Assembly: GCA_963675595.2 (NCBI GenBank)
Contig: CAXXLZ010000001.1
Span: 704,001-768,000 of the forward strand
DNA from: Thermodesulfobacteriota bacterium
GTDB lineage: Bacteria; Desulfobacterota; Desulfarculia; JACQYL01
Direction: 5' to 3'
Length of the DNA: 64,000 bases
Below the pieces are notes generated by a model. That model was not told the origin of the DNA. It did not search any database and worked only from the letters and a program-made list of their open reading frames with translations. The position numbers and the translations under genes are program-made. Shown in pieces: positions 29,783 through 42,066 of the stretch (positions are counted from its first letter, which is position 1; each line of letters opens with the position of its first letter).

Positions 29783-30010
29783 GTCGGCTTCCAAGAAACC
29801 CTTACGAGTAGGGCCAATAGAATATTTTTGGTATCCAATGAACTTCGAAAGTCTTCCTATCCAACATCCTGCATTTTGGGAATGATAGATAAAACACGAA
29901 GAAACATCAACGATTCCCACCCCGGTTCTCGGCGAGCCGCTTCGCAGGCATTTCGGGGATCACAAGGTGTCGATGCGCCGTTTCAGGAAAAGGCGTCCAC
30001 GGAGTCGGAT

Positions 30011-30670
30011 TCATCCGGCTGCGGAGGCCTCAAACGCTTGCTTCGGGAAGATCGCTCCCACAGGGCACACTTCCGCGCACTTGAGGCAGCCTAGGCAAGG
30101 TGATTCCTCCGTTCGGGATTCTTCGGCAAAGTGGATGATCGTCTCGTAACCGCGACGTGCGAAGCTGAGGAAGGGCTGCGCGTGATTTATTCGACACACG
30201 TGGACGCACCTGCCGCAAAGGACACATCGGCCGGGTTCCCAGCCCAGACACGGGTGATCTTGAGACGGTTCTTCGGCATGTTCCAGATGCTCAAGATTTT
30301 TCACCTTCAAACCTACGTTCAAGAACTTGGCGATCTGCTGGAGAGCGCAACCCTTGTTGGCCGGGCAGGTCTTGCAGGCAATTCGATGGGTGGAAAGAAG
30401 CAAACGCAAGGCGGAACGTTGAAGCCTTCTGACGGCTTCCGTATCCGTATGAACGGTCATTCCTTCCTGAACGGTTACCGTACAGGAAGGAATCGGGCCC
30501 TTGAAACCGTCGATTTCCACGAAGCACAGCCTGCATGAGGCGTGGGGCGATTCAATGTCCTCCAGCCAACACAGATTGGGGATATATATCCCGTGGTCCA
30601 GGCATGTTTTCAGCAGGTTCGCACCGTCATCGGCCCGGATTTTACGACCATCGATGAGAATCTCAGGCAC
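30011..30670 (-). CDS. HoxU/NuoG N-terminal-like Fe-S subunit (2Fe-2S, His-ligated 4Fe-4S, 2x4Fe-4S); no catalytic domain
   Basis: IPNLC...SCRLC...SC; HRIACKTC...C; CVLCGRCVHVC; CLGCLKCAEVCP; GAAGGAG RBS before GTG. Confidence 0.88.
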   Translation of the reverse strand: MPEILIDGRKIRADDGANLLKTCLDHGIYIPNLCWLEDIESPHASCRLCFVEIDGFKGPIPSCTVTVQEGMTVHTDTEAVRRLQRSALRLLLSTHRIACKTCPANKGCALQQIAKFLNVGLKVKNLEHLEHAEEPSQDHPCLGWEPGRCVLCGRCVHVCRINHAQPFLSFARRGYETIIHFAEESRTEESPCLGCLKCAEVCPVGAIFPKQAFEASAAG

Positions 30671-32603
30671 GGCTTTCTCCTTCCCGGGGAGGCTCGATCC
30701 GCGGCGCCAATTCCGGCGGCGACACTTTGACCACCGCGTCGTATTCGGGCGGACAGGCAACCACGCATTCTCCGCACTTTACGCATTTTTCCTGGTCGAT
30801 CCCCTTCTTGCGGTTGGAGGTGGTGAAAATTGCCTCCACCGGGCAGCATCCGACGCAGGCGTCACAGCCCCGGGCACACTTCTCAAGGTCAATGTAGAAT
30901 GCGGTTAAAGAGCGACATTTTTTCGCGGGACACCTTTTTTCGAAGATGTGGGCTTCGTACTCATCGCGAAAATATTTCAAGGAGGTCAGGACCGGATTGG
31001 GAGCCGTCTTGCCCAGCCCGCAGAGGGAACCGTTCCGTATATCCATGCTGAGTTCCTCGAGTATCTCCAGATCACCTTCCTTGCCTTCGCCTTTGGTGAT
31101 ACGGTCCAGGATATTCAGCAAATGTTTGGTTCCGATTCTGCAGAATGTGCATTTACCGCAGGACTCGTCCTGGGTGAATTCGACGAAGTAGCGGGCCACG
31201 TCGACCATACAGGAGTCTTCATCCATCACGACCATCCCGCCGGATCCCATCATGGCGCCGGCCTCCACCAACGAATCGAAGTCCACCGGCGTGTCCAGGA
31301 ACTTCTCCGGCAGGCATCCTCCGGACGGACCTCCGATCTGTACCGCTTTGAAACTTTTCTTGTTGGGAATTCCTCCGCAAATATCAAAAATCAGGGTTCG
31401 CAGAGTGGTTCCCATGGGAATCTCAACGAGCCCCGGGTGCAAAACGTCTCCTACTACGGAGAAAATGGCGGTTCCCGTGCTTCCTCGGGTACCTATGCTC
31501 CGGTACCAGTCGGCCCCGCGTTTCAGCACTGCGGGAACTGCGGAAAGCGTCTTCACGTTGTCCACCACCGTGGGAAGTCCGCGCAGCCCCTTTTGCACAG
31601 GGTACGGAGGACGATGCTGCGGCATACCGCGTTTTCCCTCGATGGACTGAATCAGTGCCGTTTCCTCGCCGCATACGAAGGCCCCCGACCCAAGAAACAC
31701 GGAAACATCCAAGTTGAAGTTCGTGCCCAGGATGTGTTCACCAAGAAACCCCAGTGCCCTGGCCTCATCAATGGCTCGTTGGATCATTCGCACCGCCAAG
31801 GGGTACTCGGCGCGCACATACACGATGCCTTCCCCCGCTCCGACGGCATAGGCGCAAACGGCGAGTCCTTCCAAAAGTTGATGGGGATTGCTTTCCAGGA
31901 CGGTGCGGTCCATGTAGGCTCCGGGATCTCCCTCATCCGCGTTGCATATAACCACCTTTTGTTCGGAAGGCACGCCTGCCGCCATTTCCCACTTCTTCCC
32001 CGTGAGAAAGCCGGCTCCGCCTCTTCCCCGGAGTCCCGATTCGTAAACGATGCGCGTGACCTCCTGCTGTGGGAGGGACAGCGCTTTGACCAAGGCCTCA
32101 TATCCACCGGCGGCCAGATACTGGTGAATACTTTCCGGGTCGATGTCGCCGCAGCGTTCCATAACGACCCGTTGCTCCATGCTGAACCTCGGAAAGTCGG
32201 ATACCGCCGGCAAGAGATCGTTGGCTTCCATTGCTCCGAGAAGGAATTCCTGGAGAGGATCCCCCTCTTCGAGAAAAGCCTTCACCAAAATCCGGGCACG
32301 TCCGGGGGTGACATTGTAGTAGCACAAAGGCGGATAATCCGGCGTTCTGATCACCACAAGAGGCTCCGCGTAGCAATGCCCCAGGCAACCTACGGCAACG
32401 ATACGGGCCGCGATCCCATGCTCCTCCAACGCCTTTTCGAAGGCTTCCCGCGTCTCCGCCGCACCCGCGGCCAGTCCGCAAGTGGCCATCCCTATATAGA
32501 TCACCGGGGCGGAGTCGGAATCCTGTTGTTCGACGTATTCCCGGGCCTCCCGAATCAGATCGGCGTATCGTTCAGTCATTGCTTGCGAGTTCATTTCCCT
32601 CAC
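30663..32603 (-). CDS. NADH-binding FMN subunit, NuoF/HoxF/HydB family (start may be 32594 or 32579)
   Basis: GLRGRGGAGF, NADEGDPG, CGEETAL, ESCGKCTFCRIG, N-terminal 2Fe-2S, C-terminal 2x4Fe-4S. Confidence 0.93.
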   Translation of the reverse strand: MREMNSQAMTERYADLIREAREYVEQQDSDSAPVIYIGMATCGLAAGAAETREAFEKALEEHGIAARIVAVGCLGHCYAEPLVVIRTPDYPPLCYYNVTPGRARILVKAFLEEGDPLQEFLLGAMEANDLLPAVSDFPRFSMEQRVVMERCGDIDPESIHQYLAAGGYEALVKALSLPQQEVTRIVYESGLRGRGGAGFLTGKKWEMAAGVPSEQKVVICNADEGDPGAYMDRTVLESNPHQLLEGLAVCAYAVGAGEGIVYVRAEYPLAVRMIQRAIDEARALGFLGEHILGTNFNLDVSVFLGSGAFVCGEETALIQSIEGKRGMPQHRPPYPVQKGLRGLPTVVDNVKTLSAVPAVLKRGADWYRSIGTRGSTGTAIFSVVGDVLHPGLVEIPMGTTLRTLIFDICGGIPNKKSFKAVQIGGPSGGCLPEKFLDTPVDFDSLVEAGAMMGSGGMVVMDEDSCMVDVARYFVEFTQDESCGKCTFCRIGTKHLLNILDRITKGEGKEGDLEILEELSMDIRNGSLCGLGKTAPNPVLTSLKYFRDEYEAHIFEKRCPAKKCRSLTAFYIDLEKCARGCDACVGCCPVEAIFTTSNRKKGIDQEKCVKCGECVVACPPEYDAVVKVSPPELAPRIEPPREGESRA

Positions 32604-33147
32604 CGGCTTTGCTTTCTCGCTCTTGTCTTTCCCGCTCGATTTGAAAGCCCATAATGAGACCTTCGACCTTGCTGGGCTGCATATGTCCTTCCACTTTTTC
32701 GTCCACGAGGGCCACGGGCGCCAAGGCGCAACAGCCCACGCAGGCTACCTTTTCGAGGCTGAATTCCCGATCTTCCGTGGTTTCCCCCTCTTTGATGCCC
32801 AATTTACGCTCGAAGTTCTCCAATATGATGTCCCCACCGCGAACGTGACAGGCGGTTCCCAGACACATCTTGATCTGGTGCTTGCCCGGGGGGTTGAAGC
32901 GGAATTGGTTATAGAAGGACGCCACGCCGTAGACTTCACCGCTGGATATGTCCAGATGTTCGGCCACCAAACGCATGACATCCGGTGCCAGGTAGGAGTG
33001 TTTGCGTTGGATCGACTGGAGAATGGGAATCAACTCACTGCGTTCCTTGCTTCGGGTCGACAGCAGATCAACGACGTCTTCAAACATGGCGGCTTCTTCT
33101 GCGGCCGGACCCTCCAGAACCATAGGACTTGTTTGTGTATTCGCCAT
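32572..33147 (-). CDS. NuoE/HoxE/HydC family 2Fe-2S subunit
   Basis: GVASFY, CLGTACHVRG, ACVGCCALAP. Confidence 0.93.
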   Translation of the reverse strand: MANTQTSPMVLEGPAAEEAAMFEDVVDLLSTRSKERSELIPILQSIQRKHSYLAPDVMRLVAEHLDISSGEVYGVASFYNQFRFNPPGKHQIKMCLGTACHVRGGDIILENFERKLGIKEGETTEDREFSLEKVACVGCCALAPVALVDEKVEGHMQPSKVEGLIMGFQIERERQERESKAGEGNELASND

Positions 33148-33341
33148 GATCGGATTGAGCGTCCGGCCGGAATCGCCGGAAGCGTTGCTCCTTTCGTCGG
33201 GATTTGGGGCCGGAGAATTTCACGGTACCGGTCCGTGAGTGGGGAAAACCAAGGCAAGGGGAGTAAAATCAGTATGTTATCATACAGTCCGCAGACCGGA
33301 TTGTCAAGTCTGCTTCGGGCGAAATGTGGAACAACGATGCT

Positions 33342-35375
<2,034 letters not shown>

Positions 35376-35453
35376 TTATCCGGCGCTTCTTGGGAGGACT
35401 CGCCGGCCGGGCGATGCATGAAAAGTGACTTGTCGTCCGTTGAAAAAGGCCTG

Positions 35454-37421
35454 TTATCCTCTGAGCTTTCGGATGGCTTCCTTAGCCTCTTTCAGCCGCG
35501 CGTAGGCGTTTGGAAACAGGGTATCGCATTCCGTGTGAGGCAGGAACTGACTGCTGGTGTAATTCTCCATGTAGCCGGGGGCTACGCTGAGTTCGAAGTT
35601 GGTCATTTTGTCCACGAGTTCACCCACTTCGGCCCTCAGACCGTTACACAAGGCCACCAGCCTGGCTCCCAGAAGCGACCCGTTACCCACGAATGTGAAA
35701 CGATCCACCGGAAGGTCCGGCAAGAGCCCGATGAGCACCGCCCTTTCGATGTTGACGGACTGCCCGAAGCCACCCGCCAGGATGACTCGTTCCAGGTCGT
35801 TGACGTTCAGGCCTACGGACTTCATCAGGGTCATATAGGCTGCGTACATAGCCCCTTTGGCACGGATCAGGTTGTCGATGTCCACCTCGGTCAGCGAGAT
35901 GTCGCGCCCGATTTCCGTGTCTTGTGACCACGCCAGGACATATTCGGGTCCATCATCTCCGGATCGGATGCGCTCGCAGGGATGGTCCAGATCGAAGTGC
36001 CCGCTCTCGTCGATAATTCCCGCCATGAGAAAGGCGGCTACGGCGGCTATGAGTCCTGAGCCGCAGATTCCTTTGGGGAGCGCATTTCCCACGGTCACGA
36101 TAGCAGGCTCTCCGGTGACGGGGTTGACCGAGAAGTTTTCAATGGCTCCTTTGGACGCCCGCATGCCGAACTTGATGCCGCCTCCTTCGAAAGCCGGTCC
36201 GGCGCTGGCTGCGGCACAAGCCATCCAATCCTTGGAACCCACCACCACTTCGCCGTTTGTCCCCATGTCGATGAACAAGGTCAATCTTTCATCCCGGTGC
36301 ATCCCCACGCCCAGCACGCCGGCGACCACGTCTCCCCCAACGTAGGACGCTACACTGGGGAACAGAAGCATGGGCGTGTGTTCGGGCAACTCCAAGCCTA
36401 GCTGGACCGCCTTAATGGGAGGGTAATAGGTGGCGGCGGGTACGTAGGGTTCGAGTCGGATATACTTGGTGTCCATGTTCAAGAGCAGGTGAGTCATGGT
36501 GGTGTTGCCGGCCAGTGTTACCAAGTTGACGCATTCCCTGCGGGCGCCGGTGCGCTTGAAAAGCAGGTCCAAGAGCTTGTTGATGGAGGCCGTGGCCGCA
36601 TGCTGCAGGCGTTTGGAACCTTCTTCCTTACCCGCGTAGATGATCCGACTGATCACATCTTCTCCGAAACTGATCTGTCCGTTGAAATCTCCTTCGGTGT
36701 CCAAAATTTCGCCCGAGTTCAGATCCAAGAGTTGAGCCCACACCGTGGTGGTGCCGAGATCCACCGCAACGGCGAGGTTTGTGGCGGCGGTATCCCCCGG
36801 TTCCACTCGCGTCACGGTGTTGCGGCCGGCTTTACGGCCCACCGGGCGCATGATGGTGCTGGTAACGGTCCATTCTCCTTCGCGCCAAGCCTTGGGCAGA
36901 TCGCGGATGGCCTCGAAATCGAAGCCGAAATTGGACTCTCCCGAGAAATGCAGAGAGTCCAGAAGCCTGACGACGTCGCTACGGTTGTCTTCGAGCGTGG
37001 GAGCGGGAGCTTTGCTGACGATCTTCTGCACGGCGGGAGTGAACCGACATTGTTCTTTGAGCTCCCTCCCACCGATGAGTTGGGCTTTTTGCGTGGTTCC
37101 CGAAGCGAGGGCTTTGAGTGCGGTCTTATCCAAAGTCTGTTCCGCGGGTAGACGGACGACAACGTCTTCAACGATTCTCGAGCGGCAGGCCAGTCGAACT
37201 CCGTTTTCTATGTCCTGCGCACTCAACTTCTCCGAAGTCCCTCCTTCGACCTTGCCTTCTTCCAGGATGACCCTGCATTTTCCGCACACGCCTTGGCCGC
37301 CGCAAGAGGCGTTGATATGGACGCCCGCGGCAAGCGCGGTTTCCAGCAAAGTGGCGTTGTGAGGGGCCGAGGCTTCAATCCCGAAGGGTTCGAATCGGAC
37401 GAGATGACTATCGCGTTCCAA
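35454..37421 (-). CDS. ASKHA-domain reductive activator of corrinoid proteins (RACo/AcsV, DUF4445)
   Basis: N-terminal 2Fe-2S CGGQGVCGKC...LAC; DLGTTT, GEDVISRI, DMGTNGE, AGPAFEGG, GICGSG. Confidence 0.92.
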   Translation of the reverse strand: MERDSHLVRFEPFGIEASAPHNATLLETALAAGVHINASCGGQGVCGKCRVILEEGKVEGGTSEKLSAQDIENGVRLACRSRIVEDVVVRLPAEQTLDKTALKALASGTTQKAQLIGGRELKEQCRFTPAVQKIVSKAPAPTLEDNRSDVVRLLDSLHFSGESNFGFDFEAIRDLPKAWREGEWTVTSTIMRPVGRKAGRNTVTRVEPGDTAATNLAVAVDLGTTTVWAQLLDLNSGEILDTEGDFNGQISFGEDVISRIIYAGKEEGSKRLQHAATASINKLLDLLFKRTGARRECVNLVTLAGNTTMTHLLLNMDTKYIRLEPYVPAATYYPPIKAVQLGLELPEHTPMLLFPSVASYVGGDVVAGVLGVGMHRDERLTLFIDMGTNGEVVVGSKDWMACAAASAGPAFEGGGIKFGMRASKGAIENFSVNPVTGEPAIVTVGNALPKGICGSGLIAAVAAFLMAGIIDESGHFDLDHPCERIRSGDDGPEYVLAWSQDTEIGRDISLTEVDIDNLIRAKGAMYAAYMTLMKSVGLNVNDLERVILAGGFGQSVNIERAVLIGLLPDLPVDRFTFVGNGSLLGARLVALCNGLRAEVGELVDKMTNFELSVAPGYMENYTSSQFLPHTECDTLFPNAYARLKEAKEAIRKLRG

Positions 37422-37696
37422 GGGTCTTCTCCTGTTATAGGTTTTTCAAGTGAATGCCCTATCATTTCATAGTCGTTGTCTCTTTTCCAGTTCCAAAGGA
37501 CGGTCTGTCCAATTCAACGGCTCTCTGATTCCGCTCTCCGGCGGACTCCGCGGTTCACCGGACCTTCCGAGCGGGAACCTCGGTCGGGGTTCCGATCGGG
37601 TGTTCAGAATCCGGACCTGTGTGGTATACTTGTTGAAGATCAGAGGAGAAATTTCGTTCGTGGCTCAAGGTTTCGGCACGGGGAAAGGGGACGGGC

Positions 37697-39190
37697 ATGT
37701 CCATGTCGGGAAGCGCTTACCAGGAAAATACGGTCTATTCACGAAATCGCCTTTCCGGGCGAGGGCTTGACTGGTCCAACCAGCCGTCGCCGTACAGAGA
37801 ATATCCTTCCGCGATACATGTTCCTTTGCCGACGGAAATTGCCTGGCCCACGGCCTCCACTCGGCAGGTGATGTCCGTTTCTTCTCGCACTGCGAGCCGA
37901 CTCTCCGGCCTTGAAGAGACGGCCATGATCCTTCATCTTTCCGGTGGTCTCACCGCCCGTTCCGGACATTCGGGGGACGTTTTCTATTTTCGGTCTTGTC
38001 CTTCGGCCGGGGCGCTCTATCCGATTGAGGTCTACCTCGCATCAAGGAATCTTTACGGGCTTCCCGACGGCATGTACCATTTCACCGTGAACCGCTTCGC
38101 TCTGGCCGAGTTGCGACGGACGGAGGAGGTGGATTCCGGTCGGAAGGAAGACTCCGCCGGGGGCCCGTCCGAGGACCCATCGGTGCTGTTCCTGCTTTCC
38201 GCCGTGTTTTTCAGAAGTGCCTGGAAATATGGAAAGAGAGCCTATCGTTATTGTCTTTTGGACGCGGGACATTTATTGGAGAATCTGATGTCGGCGTTAA
38301 AGGCGGGCGGCATAAGGGCAGGACTCCATGATTCTTTTCCGGACTTCGCGGCGCAAAGAGCGGCGGGGATAGCGGATCCTCGGAACGAGGGGGTGTTGGC
38401 TGTTGTGGAAGCGGGCGCCTCCGGCCTATATGAGTCCATCATCGGCTCAGCCGAGGCTCCGCCGGACGTCCAAAGCGGGATACCCGAACCCACGCCGTCG
38501 GCGGTGCGCATCGAGACCTTTTCGGAAATTTCCGGTGTTCAGGAAGGGACGAGCGTTGCTCTTTCACCGTCGGCTCCCGAGGAGAGGGAAAATGATCCTT
38601 CAGAGAAGCGGGACTGGATTCCTTTTCCCCAACCCACGGTTCAGGAAACCCCCCCATTTGTGGATGCCGTTCGTGCGCGACGCTCCAAGAGGAACTTCGT
38701 GGTGGGGCGGCTCCGACGAGATACGCTGGGGTTGCTGCTTCACTTGGTTTTTGGCGATGACGAACACGGTCTGTTCGACTCACCCCGTCCGGAAACGGGA
38801 TTGATTGTGGGGAAGGTGGAGGGCGTGGACCCCGGGTATTACGCCCTGGACGCTTCCCGAAAAGGCATGGCGCTTCTGAAGCCCGGTGATTTAACAAGTC
38901 CCATGGCCGAGGCATGTTTGGACCAGATGTGGTTGGCCAATGCCGGTGTTCATTTCGTTTTCCATGCGGACCTGGGGCGGCACGAACAGCTTCATGGGGC
39001 CAGGGCCTATCGCTCCCTGCTCATGAAGGCCGGTCGAATGGGAGAACGAGTCTACCTTGCGGCCGCCGCTCTGGGTTTGGGGGCGTGCGGCATCGGAGCC
39101 TACTATGACGATGAGGCGGGACGTATCCTGGGGCTGAAAGCCGGTGAACGGCTGCTCTATCTCGTGGCCGCGGGAGCCGTCAAGCGATGA
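37697..39190 (+). CDS. SagB/ThcOx-family FMN dehydrogenase, two nitroreductase domains
   Basis: RSCPSAGALYP, AWKYGKRAYRY..LDAGH; second domain RRSKRNF, GACGIGAYYDD. Confidence 0.88.
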   Translation: MSMSGSAYQENTVYSRNRLSGRGLDWSNQPSPYREYPSAIHVPLPTEIAWPTASTRQVMSVSSRTASRLSGLEETAMILHLSGGLTARSGHSGDVFYFRSCPSAGALYPIEVYLASRNLYGLPDGMYHFTVNRFALAELRRTEEVDSGRKEDSAGGPSEDPSVLFLLSAVFFRSAWKYGKRAYRYCLLDAGHLLENLMSALKAGGIRAGLHDSFPDFAAQRAAGIADPRNEGVLAVVEAGASGLYESIIGSAEAPPDVQSGIPEPTPSAVRIETFSEISGVQEGTSVALSPSAPEERENDPSEKRDWIPFPQPTVQETPPFVDAVRARRSKRNFVVGRLRRDTLGLLLHLVFGDDEHGLFDSPRPETGLIVGKVEGVDPGYYALDASRKGMALLKPGDLTSPMAEACLDQMWLANAGVHFVFHADLGRHEQLHGARAYRSLLMKAGRMGERVYLAAAALGLGACGIGAYYDDEAGRILGLKAGERLLYLVAAGAVKR

Positions 39191-39221
39191 AACCGAAATT
39201 CCGGTTCGAAAGGGGGGCTTC

Positions 39222-40022
39222 GTGTTGACGGAAGAGGAGTTGGCCCGATATGAACGTCAGATCATTCTTCCCGAAATCGGACCGAGCGGACAGGAAAAAC
39301 TGAAGGAATCGAAGGTCCTGATCGTGGGCATGGGAGGCCTCGGATGTCCGGCGGCCCTCTACTTGGCGGCGGCCGGCATCGGCACCGTTACGTTGGCCGA
39401 CTTCGACTCCGTTCACCCGAGCAATCTGAATCGGCAGGTTCTATACTGGGAAGAAGACGTCGGCAGACTCAAGGTGCGTTCCGCAGCGGAAAAACTCAGG
39501 AGATTGAACTCGTCGATCAAACTGTCCACGGTGACGGAGACCCTCGATGAGGATAATCTACCGGGAATCGTCTCCATGCACGACGTGGTATTGGACGCCC
39601 TGGACAATTTGGAGACCCGCCGCCAAGTGAACCGGGTCGCCGTCGAGTCCGCTACTCCCTTCATTTACGGAGGCGTTCGGGGGATGGACGGGATGACCAC
39701 CTGGATCATGCCCGGCAGGACTCCCTGCCTGCACTGCCTGTTCCCGACCGACGATCGCAAGACGATCTTCCCGGTGCTCGGCACGACTTCCGGCATGATC
39801 GCCATGATCCAGGCCACGGAAGTGATCAAGTATCTGACGGGGATGGGGGAGCTGTTGTGCGGCCGACTGCTTTTCTATGATGGAATGCGGATGGTGTTTT
39901 CCGAGGTTCAAGTCACTCGGGATCCCCAATGTGCCGTCTGCCGGACAACGGAGAACGGTTCCATAGTCGGGAACGCAGATGAAACGGAAGAGGAAGGAAA
40001 CCGTCCCGATGCCGATTTATGA
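39222..40022 (+). CDS. HesA/MoeB/ThiF family adenylyltransferase
   Basis: RYERQ, GMGGLG, SNLNRQ, DALDN, PCLHC, CAVC. Confidence 0.92.
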   Translation: MLTEEELARYERQIILPEIGPSGQEKLKESKVLIVGMGGLGCPAALYLAAAGIGTVTLADFDSVHPSNLNRQVLYWEEDVGRLKVRSAAEKLRRLNSSIKLSTVTETLDEDNLPGIVSMHDVVLDALDNLETRRQVNRVAVESATPFIYGGVRGMDGMTTWIMPGRTPCLHCLFPTDDRKTIFPVLGTTSGMIAMIQATEVIKYLTGMGELLCGRLLFYDGMRMVFSEVQVTRDPQCAVCRTTENGSIVGNADETEEEGNRPDADL

Positions 40023-40365
40023 GTATGTGGCCGAAGATGCGGATTCGGGTTGCCCGGAATGCGGACACGGATTTGAAGTTCTGCAGAAAGTCGGTGAGTC
40101 TCCTGTGGAAACATGCCCTCGATGTCGGGCCCGAGTCAAAAGGGTGCTCTCTCTGTGCCGGGCCAATGTTGTTGAGAATTCGGAAGCCTCGGTGAGAGTC
40201 GAGAGTCGAATTTCAGGCTATGAAAAGGAGGGGAAATGGAGTCATGCTGCGGAATTAGCGGATAAGTTCTCTGAGAAGAGCAAGAACTCCTCCATGAAGA
40301 CCAGAGCTTTGGAGAACTATAAGAAGGCGGGATATAATACCGATTCCATGGAGTCGAAGGACTGA
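40009..40365 (+). CDS. FmdB-family zinc-ribbon protein
   Basis: MPIYEY...CPECG...CPRC. Confidence 0.85.
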   Translation: MPIYEYVAEDADSGCPECGHGFEVLQKVGESPVETCPRCRARVKRVLSLCRANVVENSEASVRVESRISGYEKEGKWSHAAELADKFSEKSKNSSMKTRALENYKKAGYNTDSMESKD

Positions 40366-40684
40366 CGGTCCCCGGAAGATTCCCTCGCTCTCCCCCCGAA
40401 GTCGGCTGACTTCAAGCCGTCGAGGACCATGATGCATAGCCGGAGGATCCTCAGGAAAGGTCTTGTAATATTCATAAAGAGATGCGCATTTTTCATCCCG
40501 CCATTGAGAGATTGCGGTCATTGGGGAGCGGAGACAAACGATGTCATTTAGGGCGCCGACATCCCAATCAGTCATTGGCACCTATGAGTGCGCCGCAGGG
40601 GAACGTGACGCGGCGTAAGACCCGCGCGTTTCCTCCGTCTATTGTGCCCGACTCCCGTAGGCGGATGGTGGAGGTCGATGGAAC

Positions 40685-41350
40685 ATGATCAAGCTCGATG
40701 AGGACGATTATCCTAGCGCACGCGAACGTATGGTTCGCGACCAAATCGAAAGGAGGGGCGTGTCCGATTACAGAGTGCTCGAAGCCATGAGGGAGGTCCC
40801 CAGACACCTGTTCGTACCAAGGGACCTATGGCCCGAGGCATATGACGACAGGCCTTTGCCCATCGGTAGGGGACAGACCATTTCACAACCTTATATTGTC
40901 GCCTATATGACGGAGGCTCTGAACCTGAAAGATGATGCCAGGGTGCTGGAAATCGGCACGGGTTCGGGCTACCAAGCCGCCGTGCTCAGCCGAATCGCAC
41001 GGGAAGTCTACACCATCGAGCGAGTCCCGGAGTTGTCGCGAGAGGCTCGACAACGGTTCGAAGAGCTTGGTTATACCAACATATTCTGTCACCTCGGGGA
41101 CGGCACTAGAGGCTGGGACGCCGAGGCCCCCTTCGATGCCGTTATGGTGACGGCCGGAGGAACACAGATTCCGATGCCCCTGACCGAGCAGTTGGCCTTG
41201 GGGGGCGTGCTCGTAATTCCCGTGGGGCGGAACGAATACGGTCAGAACCTCATGCGGGTCACCAGGATGCCCGACGGAGATTTCCGAGAGGAAGCTCTGT
41301 TGGGCGTGGCCTTTGTACGATTGATCGGCGAACACGGGTGGAAGGAATGA
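40685..41350 (+). CDS. pcm: Protein-L-isoaspartate O-methyltransferase
   Basis: VPRHLFV, GQTISQPY, VLEIGTGSGYQ, APFD, FVRLIG. Confidence 0.96.
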   Translation: MIKLDEDDYPSARERMVRDQIERRGVSDYRVLEAMREVPRHLFVPRDLWPEAYDDRPLPIGRGQTISQPYIVAYMTEALNLKDDARVLEIGTGSGYQAAVLSRIAREVYTIERVPELSREARQRFEELGYTNIFCHLGDGTRGWDAEAPFDAVMVTAGGTQIPMPLTEQLALGGVLVIPVGRNEYGQNLMRVTRMPDGDFREEALLGVAFVRLIGEHGWKE

Positions 41351-41483
41351 TCCGTCAAGCAAGGACTTCTTGGCCGGCGTACGGCTGATGCGCGCCGGGA
41401 GAACGAAACGACCGGCCGTTACGCGTGTTTCATTTGGTGCATGTTTCAATAGTTGGGTGCATTTGTCGCTCCAGGGGATTTTC

Positions 41484-41523
41484 GAAAATAAAAGAGCCGA
41501 CCTGAAATCAGGTCGGCTCTTTT
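41484..41523. terminator. Bidirectional intrinsic terminator
   Basis: AAAAGAGCCGACCTG-AAAT-CAGGTCGGCTCTTTT perfect 15-bp inverted repeat. Confidence 0.85.
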
Positions 41524-41549
41524 GAAGGAGAAGAGAGGGTTGGTTGTAC
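41484..41549 (-). ncRNA. Candidate sigma54-dependent small RNA (about 65 nt)
   Basis: Near-consensus sigma54 promoter, then a short CU-rich stretch, then a strong terminator; no ORF between them. Confidence 0.55.
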
Positions 41550-41559
41550 ACGTTGATAT

Positions 41560-41576
41560 AGCAAGTACGGTGCCAA
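41560..41576 (-). promoter_or_regulatory. sigma54 promoter
   Basis: Minus strand TTGGCACCGTACTTGCT versus consensus YTGGCACG-N4-TTGCW. Confidence 0.78.
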
Positions 41577-42066
41577 TTCTTTTCCTTGGACGTGAAATGT
41601 CTCGAGAACCGCCACAGTGGCCCATTTCCGGCTGATCGGTTTTCAGGTGCCGCGCGAAAAAGAATCTCTGCGATAAAAAAAACTTTACCTTTTTCGGCAA
41701 TTGGGGGATGGTTTTTATATAACAGGCTGATAATATTGTATGAATTTTCTGTAAAAAGTTTTTTATCATGTGGTCGGTAGTTTTTTCTGATTCGGTCGGA
41801 AACAGCAATATAGACATTCTTATTGTTTTATATTGTGATTTCAATTTCTTATCCGGATCACGGCGGAAAGTGGGGACATCGGCAATGGGTCGTATTTTTG
41901 ACGGAGAAGTAGGACAAACGGAAAACATCGTACCGGGTCGTCGTGATTGATGGTAATCGGGGCGTTGTAGCCTGAATATTTCGGAAGGCACGGCCTCTCA
42001 CCGGAACATCCCGGGGAACGAGCGGGATTTGCCCAAGAGCGCGGCTCAACATGAGCGGAAAGGAAC

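Noticed and set aside
30948-32654. 568-aa plus-strand ORF opposite the NuoF-like gene (likewise 53948..55399, 45934..47115, 34020..35078)
   Set aside because: Antisense shadows of well-supported genes.
37697-41350. SagB + ThiF + pcm as a RiPP cluster
   Set aside because: No YcaO, precursor peptide, RRE or exporter; ThiF and Pcm look like ordinary housekeeping members.
41446-41991. 181-aa ORF in the AT-rich intergenic region
   Set aside because: No RBS, atypical composition, and it runs across the sigma54 promoter and terminator.
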